Assembly: GCA_023379805.1 (NCBI GenBank)
Contig: JAMCPI010000017.1
Location: 19,977-83,976, forward strand
Direction: 5' to 3'
Origin: Nitrososphaerota archaeon
Lineage (GTDB): Archaea; Thermoproteota; Nitrososphaeria; Nitrososphaerales; JACPRH01
DNA length: 64,000 nt
In this document: positions 17,012-25,455 of the stretch, one piece after another
How the letters are laid out: the number at the start of each line of letters is the position of its first letter
Numbering within the stretch: position 1 is the stretch's first letter
The notes under the pieces: model-generated
Told to the model about the DNA's origin: nothing
The model's database searches: none
Seen by the model: the letters and a program-made list of their open reading frames with translations, nothing else
Made by a program: the position numbers and the translations under genes

Positions 17012-19225
17012 ATGTTATCAAGCAAATCTTGGATAACTAACTGTATAATACTTGTCTTATTGACGTTCAGCACATTCGCAACATCACTAGCATACGCAGC
17101 ACCCCTAGCTAACACCGAGAAGGACTGGCAGTACGTCGGCGGAAACTCTTGGGGTTGGCACTACGGCCCACAAACACAGATCAACAAGAACAACGTCGAC
17201 CAGCTCGAAGTAAAATGGCTCTTCCCGATAGGCGGCCAATCGTCGGCGCCCACAGGAATAAAAGCCATACCCGGAATCAGCGACGGAACAGGCACACCCC
17301 CAATAGTCAGAGACGGATCAGTATACGTATTGAACGATTGGGGAACCATGTACGCTGTAGATGCCGGGACGGGCAAACAAAAATGGTCACATGACTATGT
17401 CATCAACATGGACGAATTACGCAAGAAAATACCGGTGGCGCTCGGAGGACTCATGCATACCCATGGATTCAGATACTGGGAAGGTGGAGACGCACTACTA
17501 GCCTATGGTCTGGCGTGCGACTTCTACGGTGTTGACGCCAAGACCGGCAAGGAGAAGCTATGGGTCAAGGATATCTGTAAGGATGTCCCTGGAAACATCG
17601 GTCAATACAGACCTAGCCCATCCAACACCAATATCATCGGAACCTACGAGAAGGGACGCCAATTCATCATTGTCCTGCCAAGCAGGATTCACAGCAACGT
17701 CGCAGAAGTAGCTCCACAGGAATCTAGACACGTCACAATGGGCATAAGCATGGACGCGCCGTACAAAGTATTATGGCGAGTCTTCAGCTCACCACCTCAA
17801 GACGTTCCAACTAAGGACTGGGCTCTACAAGAGTGTAGCATCGGTTTCTTCCGAGAAATACCCTGCAGCGAAGTTGCAAAGGTGAACCAGAAAGGCCTTG
17901 AATGGGACTGGTCGCTTCCGGAACAAAAGCCAGGATATTTCGCCGGTGTCACAGCCAACTGGGGTCAACCCATAGTTGACGAAGACACAGGCATCATCTA
18001 CACCAACACAGGCAACCAAGGACCATACTCAAACGTATCACTAACACCAGGACCACGCCTCTACGGCAGTACCATCATGGCTATCGATATGAATGCGGGC
18101 AAACGTGTCTGGTGGCTACAGCCATGGCCGCATGACTTCTACGACTACGACTGCAACTGGAGCGGAATACTTGCAGAAAGCTCAACCCTCGGCAAAGTCT
18201 ACACATACGGCTGCAAGGAAGGAAGGTACTTCGTGATGGACGCAGCTAATGGTAAACCGAAGCTGGTGGTCGATGTCCGTGGCGACCAGTTAGCTAGAGG
18301 ACAGATATCAGCAGATCCATTCAAAATGGTCTACCAACCAGATCCTAAGAGCTTCTCCGATATGAGAGAATTCAACTGGATCAGCTGGCCTGCTACAAAG
18401 CCGGGTGAGCAGGGTAAGTTCTGTACCTTGCCTTGCACAGTATATCCGAACTGGACCAACGGGATATTCCAGTCGGACAGAGCGTACGACCCTGAGACAC
18501 AGACATACATACTCTACGAAGGAGCCCTCTGGGCACGAGTATTAGCGGAGCACTCCTACTTCCCAGGTGAGCGTAACTACAACGGCGGAAACTTGTTCAC
18601 AACCCAGCGTTCTCAACCCGTCAACACCACGCTAGTTGCCAGAGACCTCGCAACCGGCAAGGTGAAGTGGACATGGTTCTACCAATACAGCTCGCAGCGT
18701 GCCGCTCCGATTGTATCAGGTGGCATGGTCATCACAGGCTGGCCAGACGGTCTCATGAGGTTCTTCGACAAGGACTCAGGCAAACTCATTCGCCAACTGA
18801 CAATCGGCTCACCGATAATAGTTCAACCTACAATCGGCAAAGACTCATCAGGCAATTCAAAGATATTCCTAGTCGCAGGTGCATCAGGCCCCATGGGAGC
18901 TGGAGATGCTAGATACGGAATGCAAGGGCTAACCAGAGTTCCAGGAACACTCATCGCCATAGGCCTCACAGAAAAGGCGGCGACAGAAATCAAAACAAGC
19001 ACAGTCACAACTACTCAGAGCACAACTCTCACAACAACCTCAGCAACCACTCAGACACAGACTACAACAGTCACCTCAAACGCACCAGCTCAGACACAGA
19101 CTACAACAGTAACCTCACAGGTTACTCAAACAACAGGTCTGCCTTCTGAAGTCACTTACGCGGCAGTCGGTATAGCTGTAATAGCCATCATCGCAGCAGC
19201 AGTACTCGTGATACGGAAGAAGTAG
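17012..19225 (+). CDS. Secreted PQQ-dehydrogenase-like beta-propeller with stalk and C-terminal anchor (paralog 3)
   Basis: 737 aa. The signal peptide ends ...FSTFATSLAYAAP. Motifs present: HGFRYWEGGDA, TGNQGPYSNVSLTPGPRLYGSTIMAIDMNAGKRVWWLQPWPHDFYDYDCNW. A Thr-rich linker is followed by the tail GLPSEVTYAAVGIAVIAIIAAAVLVIRKK. Confidence 0.9.
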   Translation: MLSSKSWITNCIILVLLTFSTFATSLAYAAPLANTEKDWQYVGGNSWGWHYGPQTQINKNNVDQLEVKWLFPIGGQSSAPTGIKAIPGISDGTGTPPIVRDGSVYVLNDWGTMYAVDAGTGKQKWSHDYVINMDELRKKIPVALGGLMHTHGFRYWEGGDALLAYGLACDFYGVDAKTGKEKLWVKDICKDVPGNIGQYRPSPSNTNIIGTYEKGRQFIIVLPSRIHSNVAEVAPQESRHVTMGISMDAPYKVLWRVFSSPPQDVPTKDWALQECSIGFFREIPCSEVAKVNQKGLEWDWSLPEQKPGYFAGVTANWGQPIVDEDTGIIYTNTGNQGPYSNVSLTPGPRLYGSTIMAIDMNAGKRVWWLQPWPHDFYDYDCNWSGILAESSTLGKVYTYGCKEGRYFVMDAANGKPKLVVDVRGDQLARGQISADPFKMVYQPDPKSFSDMREFNWISWPATKPGEQGKFCTLPCTVYPNWTNGIFQSDRAYDPETQTYILYEGALWARVLAEHSYFPGERNYNGGNLFTTQRSQPVNTTLVARDLATGKVKWTWFYQYSSQRAAPIVSGGMVITGWPDGLMRFFDKDSGKLIRQLTIGSPIIVQPTIGKDSSGNSKIFLVAGASGPMGAGDARYGMQGLTRVPGTLIAIGLTEKAATEIKTSTVTTTQSTTLTTTSATTQTQTTTVTSNAPAQTQTTTVTSQVTQTTGLPSEVTYAAVGIAVIAIIAAAVLVIRKK

Positions 19226-19236
19226 AAAAAGCAGAA

Positions 19237-19274
19237 GACGATCCTCACAAGATCGTCCTCCCCTTTCTTTTTTT
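19237..19274 (+). terminator. Conserved hairpin + T-tract (paralog 3)
   Basis: GACGATC (19237-19243) pairs with GATCGTC (19251-19257), followed by TTTCTTTTTTT at 19264-19274. Confidence 0.6.
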
Positions 19275-19292
19275 AATCGTAGTAAAAACTTA

Positions 19293-19410
19293 CGCTTCGT
19301 AGCTGGGTGCTGCGGAGGTGGAGTTGTGGCGGCCGCTTCAGACTGGTCAAGTATTTTCCCACGGGTGCAGGAACCGCATGCCTGCGTCCAACACCCACTT
19401 TTCGTTTTTC
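19293..19410 (+). ncRNA. Copy B of the ~100-nt conserved intergenic element (candidate structured RNA)
   Basis: The core is GAGTTGTGGCGGCCGCTTCAGACTGGTCAAGTATTTTCCCACGG. The hairpin is GGGTGCAGG (19363-19371) / CCTGCGTCC (19381-19389). TTTTTTTAAT lies about 25 nt upstream and a T-rich run TTTTCGTTTTT lies downstream. Confidence 0.4.
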
Positions 19411-19569
19411 AGCAGCAAAAGCAAGGCGAATCTTCTAATGCGAATGTAGCGGATCCAGCGAGCCCTGTCTATCGTGCACCCGCCGATATGTAGGTAAGAC
19501 ACATTAGCTGACATCTTCGGTAATCCGAGCTCCTTAAATCAATGTTATTCCTCATTTTAATTCGTACAT

Positions 19570-20067
19570 ATGGATGCTTCAGACATCGATATTGTAAGGA
19601 TGTTTCGAGCGGAGCTTGCTCAGCTACAAGTCAAGCTTCTCGATATGGGTGACGCTGTTGAGCAGGAACGACTAAGAGACGCTATTAATACTCTCGAAGA
19701 CGCTAGCGTAATACTGAACTCGCACCTTAAATTCGAAGAGGCGTTGTTTCCCAAACTCAAACCCTACTTGGGCAGCTACATGGATCAAGCCACAGAGGAG
19801 CATGACGAAGCTAAGAAAGCAGTCAAACGTCTAAAAGACATCATATCCGATGAAAACCAGACACAAGAAACCAGAGTAGAAGCCGTATGGTGGAACCTAA
19901 GATGGCTCATCGACCACACAACAAACTGCGACTGCCTCGCACTAATGATGGAAAAACTCAGCGGAGACGAGTTACACCAACTCAGACAAAAATTCAAAGA
20001 AGCCAAGCAGGCCAACCCACCACTACTAAAGAAATCAGCCCGCGCAAAACAATCAAACCTAACCTAG
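19570..20067 (+). CDS. Hemerythrin-like (HHE cation-binding) domain protein
   Basis: 165 aa. HLKFEEALFPKL, TEEHDEAKKAVKRL and DHTTNC...LSGDELHQL resemble the H..EE..lfP / EH / H...E repeats of hemerythrin-like domains. The last motif is degenerate. Confidence 0.55.
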   Translation: MDASDIDIVRMFRAELAQLQVKLLDMGDAVEQERLRDAINTLEDASVILNSHLKFEEALFPKLKPYLGSYMDQATEEHDEAKKAVKRLKDIISDENQTQETRVEAVWWNLRWLIDHTTNCDCLALMMEKLSGDELHQLRQKFKEAKQANPPLLKKSARAKQSNLT

Positions 20068-20284
20068 ACCAGTCTTTTTCTAATCTAGAACACTTTGTCC
20101 TATGGATTAAGAATTAAAGAATACTGTCTACAGTTATTTTCACTATTCGTGACGGTCACCGAGGTCAGTTGCAATGTGGGAGCATTTTGATGTGCTGCGA
20201 TTCTCTTATTATATTTAATTCATATTTAAGAATACTTCTGAATTCGCGTCAAAACTTGCTAAAAATAGATTCACTTTTCTTCAC

Positions 20285-20299
20285 AAACTTTATATAAAT
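20285..20299 (+). promoter_or_regulatory. Class II promoter TATA region (paralog 4)
   Basis: AAACTTTATATAAAT lies 44 nt upstream of ATG 20329. The spacing and near-identical sequence match 22786-22800. The proximal GAAAATAACTTATGAAGAAT is also shared. Confidence 0.55.
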
Positions 20300-20328
20300 A
20301 GGATACAGATATTTTCTGAAAATAACTT

Positions 20329-22461
20329 ATGAAGAATAGTAGTAAGCATCAACCGACACTACTGTCTATGCTCGTAATTCTGGCATTCAGCACATTCATG
20401 CCAGCACTAGCCTTCGCAGCACCTACGGGAGACAACGGCAAAGACTGGATGAACACCAACGGCAACAGCTGGGCATGGAATTATAGTCCACAAACCCAGA
20501 TCAACAAGAACAACGTGCAGAACCTTGAAGTGAAATGGGTGTTCCCACTCGCATCCAAGGCTCTGGCGCCAGCAGGAATCCAAGCGGCCGGGATCGGTGA
20601 AGGAACAACAACGCCCCCTATCGTCAGAAACGGAATAGTCTACGTCATTACCAGCTTCATGAAGGCATACGCCATCGACGCAAAGACCGGCAAGCAGATC
20701 TGGACCAATGATTACAGCATCGACATAGAAGCAGCGAAGCAGAGGCTACCGTTAATGATCGCCGGATCCGTTCACAAGCACGGCTTCCAGTACTGGGAAA
20801 GCGGCGACGCGATAATCAACCACGGCTTAGCCTGTGACTTCTACGGCCTTGACGCCAAGACTGGCAAAGAGAAATTCCACGTCAACGATCTCTGCAAAGA
20901 CGTACCTGGATCGCTCTACAAGTATCTGGCACGTCGGCCCGGCGCAGAGCCTAGCATAGGAATCTATGAGAAAGGCCACCAATTCATCTACGTCCTAGCT
21001 GGTTACATGCACAGCACACTTTCAGCCCCAGATGCACGCCACGTCACAATGGGCATTGACATGGACAGCAAACAGATTAAATGGAGAGTCTTCAGTTCAC
21101 CACCACAAGATCAACTCAGCAAAGACTGGGCACTACAGGAGTGCGACATCGGATACTTCAGAACCACCTCCTGCAAAGATGTAGCAGCAGTAAACCAGAA
21201 AGGCTTAGAGTGGGACTTCGCGCTACCCAACGAAAAACCAAGCATGTGGGGTGGAGTGACAGCCAACTGGGGACAGGCAGTAATTGATGAAGACACAGGA
21301 ATAATGTATACTCAGACTGGCAATCAAGGACCGTATTCAAACATGACACTAGTACCAGGACCACGCCTCTACGGAAGCACCATAATGGCCATCGACCTGA
21401 ACCAAGGCAAACGTGTCTGGTGGCTACAGCCATTCCCACACGATCCATATGACTACGACTGCAACTGGAGTGGAATGTTGATCAACAGCAAAGCTCTGGG
21501 CAAAGTCTACGTCAAGGGCTGCAAGGAAGGCATCTTCTACGTGATAGATGCAAAGACAGGTCAACCAAAGTACAGCGTAGATGTGATTAAAGACCAAGTT
21601 GCAAGAGGACAAGTAAGCGCAGCTGCAGCTAAATCTCCGCCTGACGGCATCCGAGCATACATGCCTGATCCAAAGAGCTACCATGACATGAGGGAGTGGA
21701 ACTGGATCAGCTATCCAGCCACTAAGCCAGGTGAGAAAGGAGAGCACTTCACGCTACCTGCATCGATATATCCACACTTCCAGAACGGCATTTTCCAGAC
21801 AGACATGTCCTACGATCCTGAAACAGAAACAATGATCTACTACGAAGGCGCACTCCAAGTAGACGTATTATCTGAACGCCCCTACATACAAGGCGCAGAT
21901 CTCTTCGTAGTCAAGGGATATCCGAAAGCCAATACTACCATAGTAGCGAGGGACATAACCACCGGCAAGGTGAAGTGGACTTGGTTCTATCAACTCAGCA
22001 ACCAGAGAGCAGCCATGGTCGTATCTGGCGGCACAGTCTTCTCCGGGTTTACTGACGGCACGATGAAGTTCTTCAACAAAGACACAGGTGCAGATCTTGC
22101 TAAGATAAACGTCGGAGCACCAGTTCTCGTCGAACCAACAATCGGTACAGACTCAGATGGCAACTCAAAGATATTCGCAGTAGTCGGATCTACATCGATT
22201 TCAGTAGGACCACAGTACGGAGACCCCGGGCCACAAATACCCGGAACACTCATCGCCCTCGGACTGAGAGAGACACCAGTAGCTGAAGTCAAGGTCACAA
22301 CAGTCACAACCAGCACGACAATCACCACTACTCAAGCAGTTACAACCACCCAGTCGATCACAGGAACAAGCGGATTACCAGCAGAAATAACCTACGCGGC
22401 AGTTGCAGTAGCAATAATCGTCAGCATCGCCGCAGCAGTATTAGCAATGCAGAAGAAATAA
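20329..22461 (+). CDS. Secreted PQQ-dehydrogenase-like beta-propeller with stalk and C-terminal anchor (paralog 4)
   Basis: 710 aa. The signal peptide ends ...FSTFMPALAFAAP. Motifs present: HGFQYWESGDA, PHDPYDYDCNWSG. The stalk is short. The tail is GLPAEITYAAVAVAIIVSIAAAVLAMQKK. Confidence 0.9.
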   Translation: MKNSSKHQPTLLSMLVILAFSTFMPALAFAAPTGDNGKDWMNTNGNSWAWNYSPQTQINKNNVQNLEVKWVFPLASKALAPAGIQAAGIGEGTTTPPIVRNGIVYVITSFMKAYAIDAKTGKQIWTNDYSIDIEAAKQRLPLMIAGSVHKHGFQYWESGDAIINHGLACDFYGLDAKTGKEKFHVNDLCKDVPGSLYKYLARRPGAEPSIGIYEKGHQFIYVLAGYMHSTLSAPDARHVTMGIDMDSKQIKWRVFSSPPQDQLSKDWALQECDIGYFRTTSCKDVAAVNQKGLEWDFALPNEKPSMWGGVTANWGQAVIDEDTGIMYTQTGNQGPYSNMTLVPGPRLYGSTIMAIDLNQGKRVWWLQPFPHDPYDYDCNWSGMLINSKALGKVYVKGCKEGIFYVIDAKTGQPKYSVDVIKDQVARGQVSAAAAKSPPDGIRAYMPDPKSYHDMREWNWISYPATKPGEKGEHFTLPASIYPHFQNGIFQTDMSYDPETETMIYYEGALQVDVLSERPYIQGADLFVVKGYPKANTTIVARDITTGKVKWTWFYQLSNQRAAMVVSGGTVFSGFTDGTMKFFNKDTGADLAKINVGAPVLVEPTIGTDSDGNSKIFAVVGSTSISVGPQYGDPGPQIPGTLIALGLRETPVAEVKVTTVTTSTTITTTQAVTTTQSITGTSGLPAEITYAAVAVAIIVSIAAAVLAMQKK

Positions 22462-22474
22462 TAAGTAAAAAGGT

Positions 22475-22511
22475 AGACGATCCTTTAAGGATCGTCTTAC
22501 TCCTATTTTTT
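22475..22511 (+). terminator. Conserved hairpin + T-tract (paralog 4)
   Basis: AGACGATCC...GGATCGTCT (22475-22497), followed by TTTTTT at 22506-22511. Confidence 0.6.
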
Positions 22512-22785
22512 AGGAGATAAAATAGGTTCACAATTGTCCACCTTCTCGAATCAAATTTATCGAATTAACCATTAAAATGTTTCACGAACTCTATATTTCG
22601 ATTCGTCATTATCCTTGTTTAAGAATGGCTGATGCTCGCTACATTATTAGTTCATCCTTGCGCCGCCAGATAATTGTCTTGCCCTTTTCAAAAGAATGTC
22701 AATTCCTTCCATTGGCGACATCAATTCCCAACATATCTAAAATTCTTAATATGGATCGCCGAAAATAAGGTATATACTTCTTCGT

Positions 22786-22800
22786 AAAGTTTATATAAAA
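22786..22800 (+). promoter_or_regulatory. Class II promoter TATA region (paralog 5)
   Basis: AAAGTTTATATAAAA lies 44 nt upstream of ATG 22830. The proximal GAGAATAACTTATGAAGAAT is shared with paralog 4. Confidence 0.55.
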
Positions 22801-22829
22801 ATGCCAATTATAACTACCGAGAATAACTT

Positions 22830-25013
22830 ATGAAGAATGATAGTTATTATCGAGCAACACTAATGTCAATACTCGTAATCCTCGCATTCAGCACTTTCAC
22901 ACCAACACTCGCATTCGCAGCACCCCTCGCCAATAACGACAAAGACTGGCAGTACGTTAACGGTAACAGCTGGGCATGGAACTACAGTCCACAGACACAG
23001 ATCAACAAGGACAACGTCGGCAACCTTGAAGTCAAGTGGATATTCCCTCTTGGAAGCAAAGCGTTAGCGCCGGCAGGCATGCAGGCAATACAAGGGTTTG
23101 CTGAGGGCACAACCACCCCACCGGTTGTTAGAGATGGAACAGTCTTCGTCAACAGCAACTGGGGTAGAATGTACGCCGTTGACGCCGCAACAGGCAAACA
23201 GAAATGGACCTACGACTATGTGCTCAACTTCAGTGATGTACGCAAGAAAATACCCGTGGAAATGGGCGGCATCATACACGACCACGGCTTCAGATACTGG
23301 GAGTCCGGAGATGCACTACTCTCCTACGGTCTAGCCTGTGACTTCTACGGCGTAGATGCAAAGACTGGGAAACAAAAGTTCTGGGTCAAAGACCTCTGCC
23401 TAGATGTACCTGGAAACCTTGGCATATACAGACCTAGTCTAGCCAACAGCGCAGTCATAGGCACCTACGAAAAGGGCCGACAGTTCATCGTCGTGTTCCC
23501 AAGCAGAATCCACAGCAACGTAGCTCAGGTAGCACCGCGCGACTCGAGACACGTCACAATGGGCATCAGCATGGACGCACCATACAAAGTAATGTGGCGA
23601 GTCTACAGCTCTCCACCGCAGGATCAACCCGTCAAAGACTGGGCGATCGCAGAATGTAGCAGCGGTTACTTCCGAGACATACCCTGTACCGAGGCACTAG
23701 CGGCTAACCGCGCAGGACTCGAATGGGACTTCGCACTCCCCAATCAGCCAATCGGCTGGTACGGCGGAGTCACAGCAAACTGGGGTCAACCTGTAGTTGA
23801 CGAAGATACAGGCCTGCTCTACACCCAGACAGGCAACCAAGGACCATACTCCAACATGACACTAGCACCAGGACCAAGACTCTTCGGCAGCACCATAATG
23901 TCCATAGACATGAACGCAGGCAAACGCATCTGGTGGCTACAACCATTCCCCCATGACCCGTATGACTATGACTGCAACTGGAGCGGATTGCTCACAGAAA
24001 ACCCGACGCTTGGCAAGGTCTATGTGTACGGCTGCAAGGAAGGAAGATACTTCGCGATTGATGCAGCTACAGGTAAACCGAAGCTAACTGTCGATGTCCG
24101 TAAAGACCAGTTCGCAAGAGGACAGATCTCTAGCGACCCGTATAAACTCCTCTATGAGCCTGATCCAAGAAGCTACTACGACATGAGGGAATGGAACTGG
24201 ATAAGCTACCCCGCAAAGAAAGTAGGCGAGCAAGGCAAGTTCTGCACCCTACCCTGCACAGTGTACCCGGACTTCTATAATGGCATCTTCGCAACAGACA
24301 GAGCGATAGACCCGCAGACACAAACATACTACCTCCACGAAGACGCGTTGACAGCAAGAATTGACAAGGAACACTCTTACTTCCCAGGAGATGCAAACTA
24401 TGCTGCAGGCAACCTGTTCACCACCTCCAGACCTCTGCCTACCAATAGCACAATCGTCGCCAGAGACCTAGCCACTGGTAAAGTAAAGTGGGTATGGTTC
24501 TTCCCCTACAGTCACCAACGCGCAGCCCCAGTGGTCACCGGAGGCATGGTGTTCAGTGGCTTCACAGACGGATACCTACGCTTCCTAGACAAGGACTCAG
24601 GCAAAATGCTAAACGAGATCGTCGTCGGATCGCCTATCGTAGTCCAACCAACAATCGGCAAAGACTCTCAAGGCAACTCAAAGATATTCGCCATCGTCGG
24701 CGCAACCCGCCTCGCCGGGGCAGCTAACTTCGGACTAGGTGGACAAAGTGATGTACCCGGAACACTAATAGCTCTCGGACTATCCCAGAAAGTCGCAACC
24801 GGAACGACAACAACTGTTACTACCACTTCCGCCACAACTGTTACTAGCACATCAGCTACAACAGTAACCACAGCTGCACCAGCTCAAACTGTGACTTCAT
24901 CGGTCACACAAACCGCGACCACAGGTCTACCAGCAGAAGTCACCTACGGGGCAGTCGGAGTAGCAGTAATAGCTCTGATTGCAGCAGCAGTACTAGTAAT
25001 GCGTAAGAAGTAA
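22830..25013 (+). CDS. Secreted PQQ-dehydrogenase-like beta-propeller with stalk and C-terminal anchor (paralog 5)
   Basis: 727 aa. The body is closest to paralog 3 (shared blocks include IGTYEKGRQFI, SRHVTMGISMDAPYKV, GCKEGRYF). PHDPYDYDCNWSG is present. The tail is GLPAEVTYGAVGVAVIALIAAAVLVMRKK. Confidence 0.9.
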   Translation: MKNDSYYRATLMSILVILAFSTFTPTLAFAAPLANNDKDWQYVNGNSWAWNYSPQTQINKDNVGNLEVKWIFPLGSKALAPAGMQAIQGFAEGTTTPPVVRDGTVFVNSNWGRMYAVDAATGKQKWTYDYVLNFSDVRKKIPVEMGGIIHDHGFRYWESGDALLSYGLACDFYGVDAKTGKQKFWVKDLCLDVPGNLGIYRPSLANSAVIGTYEKGRQFIVVFPSRIHSNVAQVAPRDSRHVTMGISMDAPYKVMWRVYSSPPQDQPVKDWAIAECSSGYFRDIPCTEALAANRAGLEWDFALPNQPIGWYGGVTANWGQPVVDEDTGLLYTQTGNQGPYSNMTLAPGPRLFGSTIMSIDMNAGKRIWWLQPFPHDPYDYDCNWSGLLTENPTLGKVYVYGCKEGRYFAIDAATGKPKLTVDVRKDQFARGQISSDPYKLLYEPDPRSYYDMREWNWISYPAKKVGEQGKFCTLPCTVYPDFYNGIFATDRAIDPQTQTYYLHEDALTARIDKEHSYFPGDANYAAGNLFTTSRPLPTNSTIVARDLATGKVKWVWFFPYSHQRAAPVVTGGMVFSGFTDGYLRFLDKDSGKMLNEIVVGSPIVVQPTIGKDSQGNSKIFAIVGATRLAGAANFGLGGQSDVPGTLIALGLSQKVATGTTTTVTTTSATTVTSTSATTVTTAAPAQTVTSSVTQTATTGLPAEVTYGAVGVAVIALIAAAVLVMRKK

Positions 25014-25032
25014 CCGTAGTAGCAGAAGCATC

Positions 25033-25071
25033 AGGACAATCCCAATGGATTGTCCTTTCCCCTATTTTATT
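25033..25071 (+). terminator. Conserved hairpin + T-tract (paralog 5, compensated stem variant)
   Basis: AGGACAATCC (25033-25042) pairs with GGATTGTCCT (25047-25056). The G-to-A change in the 5' arm is matched by a C-to-T change in the 3' arm relative to the GACGATCC/GGATCGTC consensus. TTTTATT follows. Confidence 0.55.
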
Positions 25072-25084
25072 AGATCATTACGAT

Positions 25085-25185
25085 CACTCCTCGAACGCAG
25101 CAATACCTAGCGGTGGGGTTGTGGCGGCTCACGACAGGCTGGTCACATTTTCCCCACGGGTGCAGGAGCCACATGTCTGCACCCA
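25085..25185 (+). ncRNA. Copy D of the ~100-nt conserved intergenic element (candidate structured RNA)
   Basis: The core is GGGGTTGTGGCGGCTCACGACAGGCTGGTCACATTTTCCCCACGG. The hairpin is GGGTGCAGG (25158-25166) / TCTGCACCC (25176-25184), with 8 Watson-Crick pairs plus a terminal G-U. Confidence 0.4.
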
Positions 25186-25337
25186 AAATTCTTCTATCCA
25201 CTTTTGTGGATCGATCTATCTGATTGAGCATTACTCATGCTGGACGGGTGTCTGTAAAATGGAATTTCTTTCTCCTCCGATTTCATAATTTTGACACCTC
25301 GGTATTACCATTTTCTAGACATCTGCATATTTTTTAC

Positions 25338-25426
25338 TTATTTATGTTAAATTAGGATTATACAAGTTTGTAAATTGGAATTCGAAATATATACGGTACC
25401 AATTCATTTTGCAGAATACTTATATT
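25338..25426 (+). promoter_or_regulatory. Class III promoter (distal box + TATA) of paralog 6
   Basis: The distal box TTATTTATGTTAAATTAGGATTATAC (25338-25363) and the TATA element ACTTATATT (25418-25426) have identical 80-nt and 38-nt spacings to the paralog 7 upstream region (27831/27911/27949). Confidence 0.55.
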
Positions 25427-25455
25427 GCGTATACATCTTCTTGATTTCGAAATTT

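Noticed and set aside
19141-19225. The C-terminal tail interpreted as a PGF-CTERM (archaeosortase A) signal.
   Set aside because: No Pro-Gly-Phe is present. The conserved motif is GLP[SA]E[VI]TY. The tail is reported instead as an unclassified tripartite tail.
22577-22768. 63-aa ORF in the paralog 4 / paralog 5 intergenic region.
   Set aside because: It lies in an AT-rich promoter-bearing spacer. It shows no motifs, and no equivalent is found in the other inter-paralog spacers.
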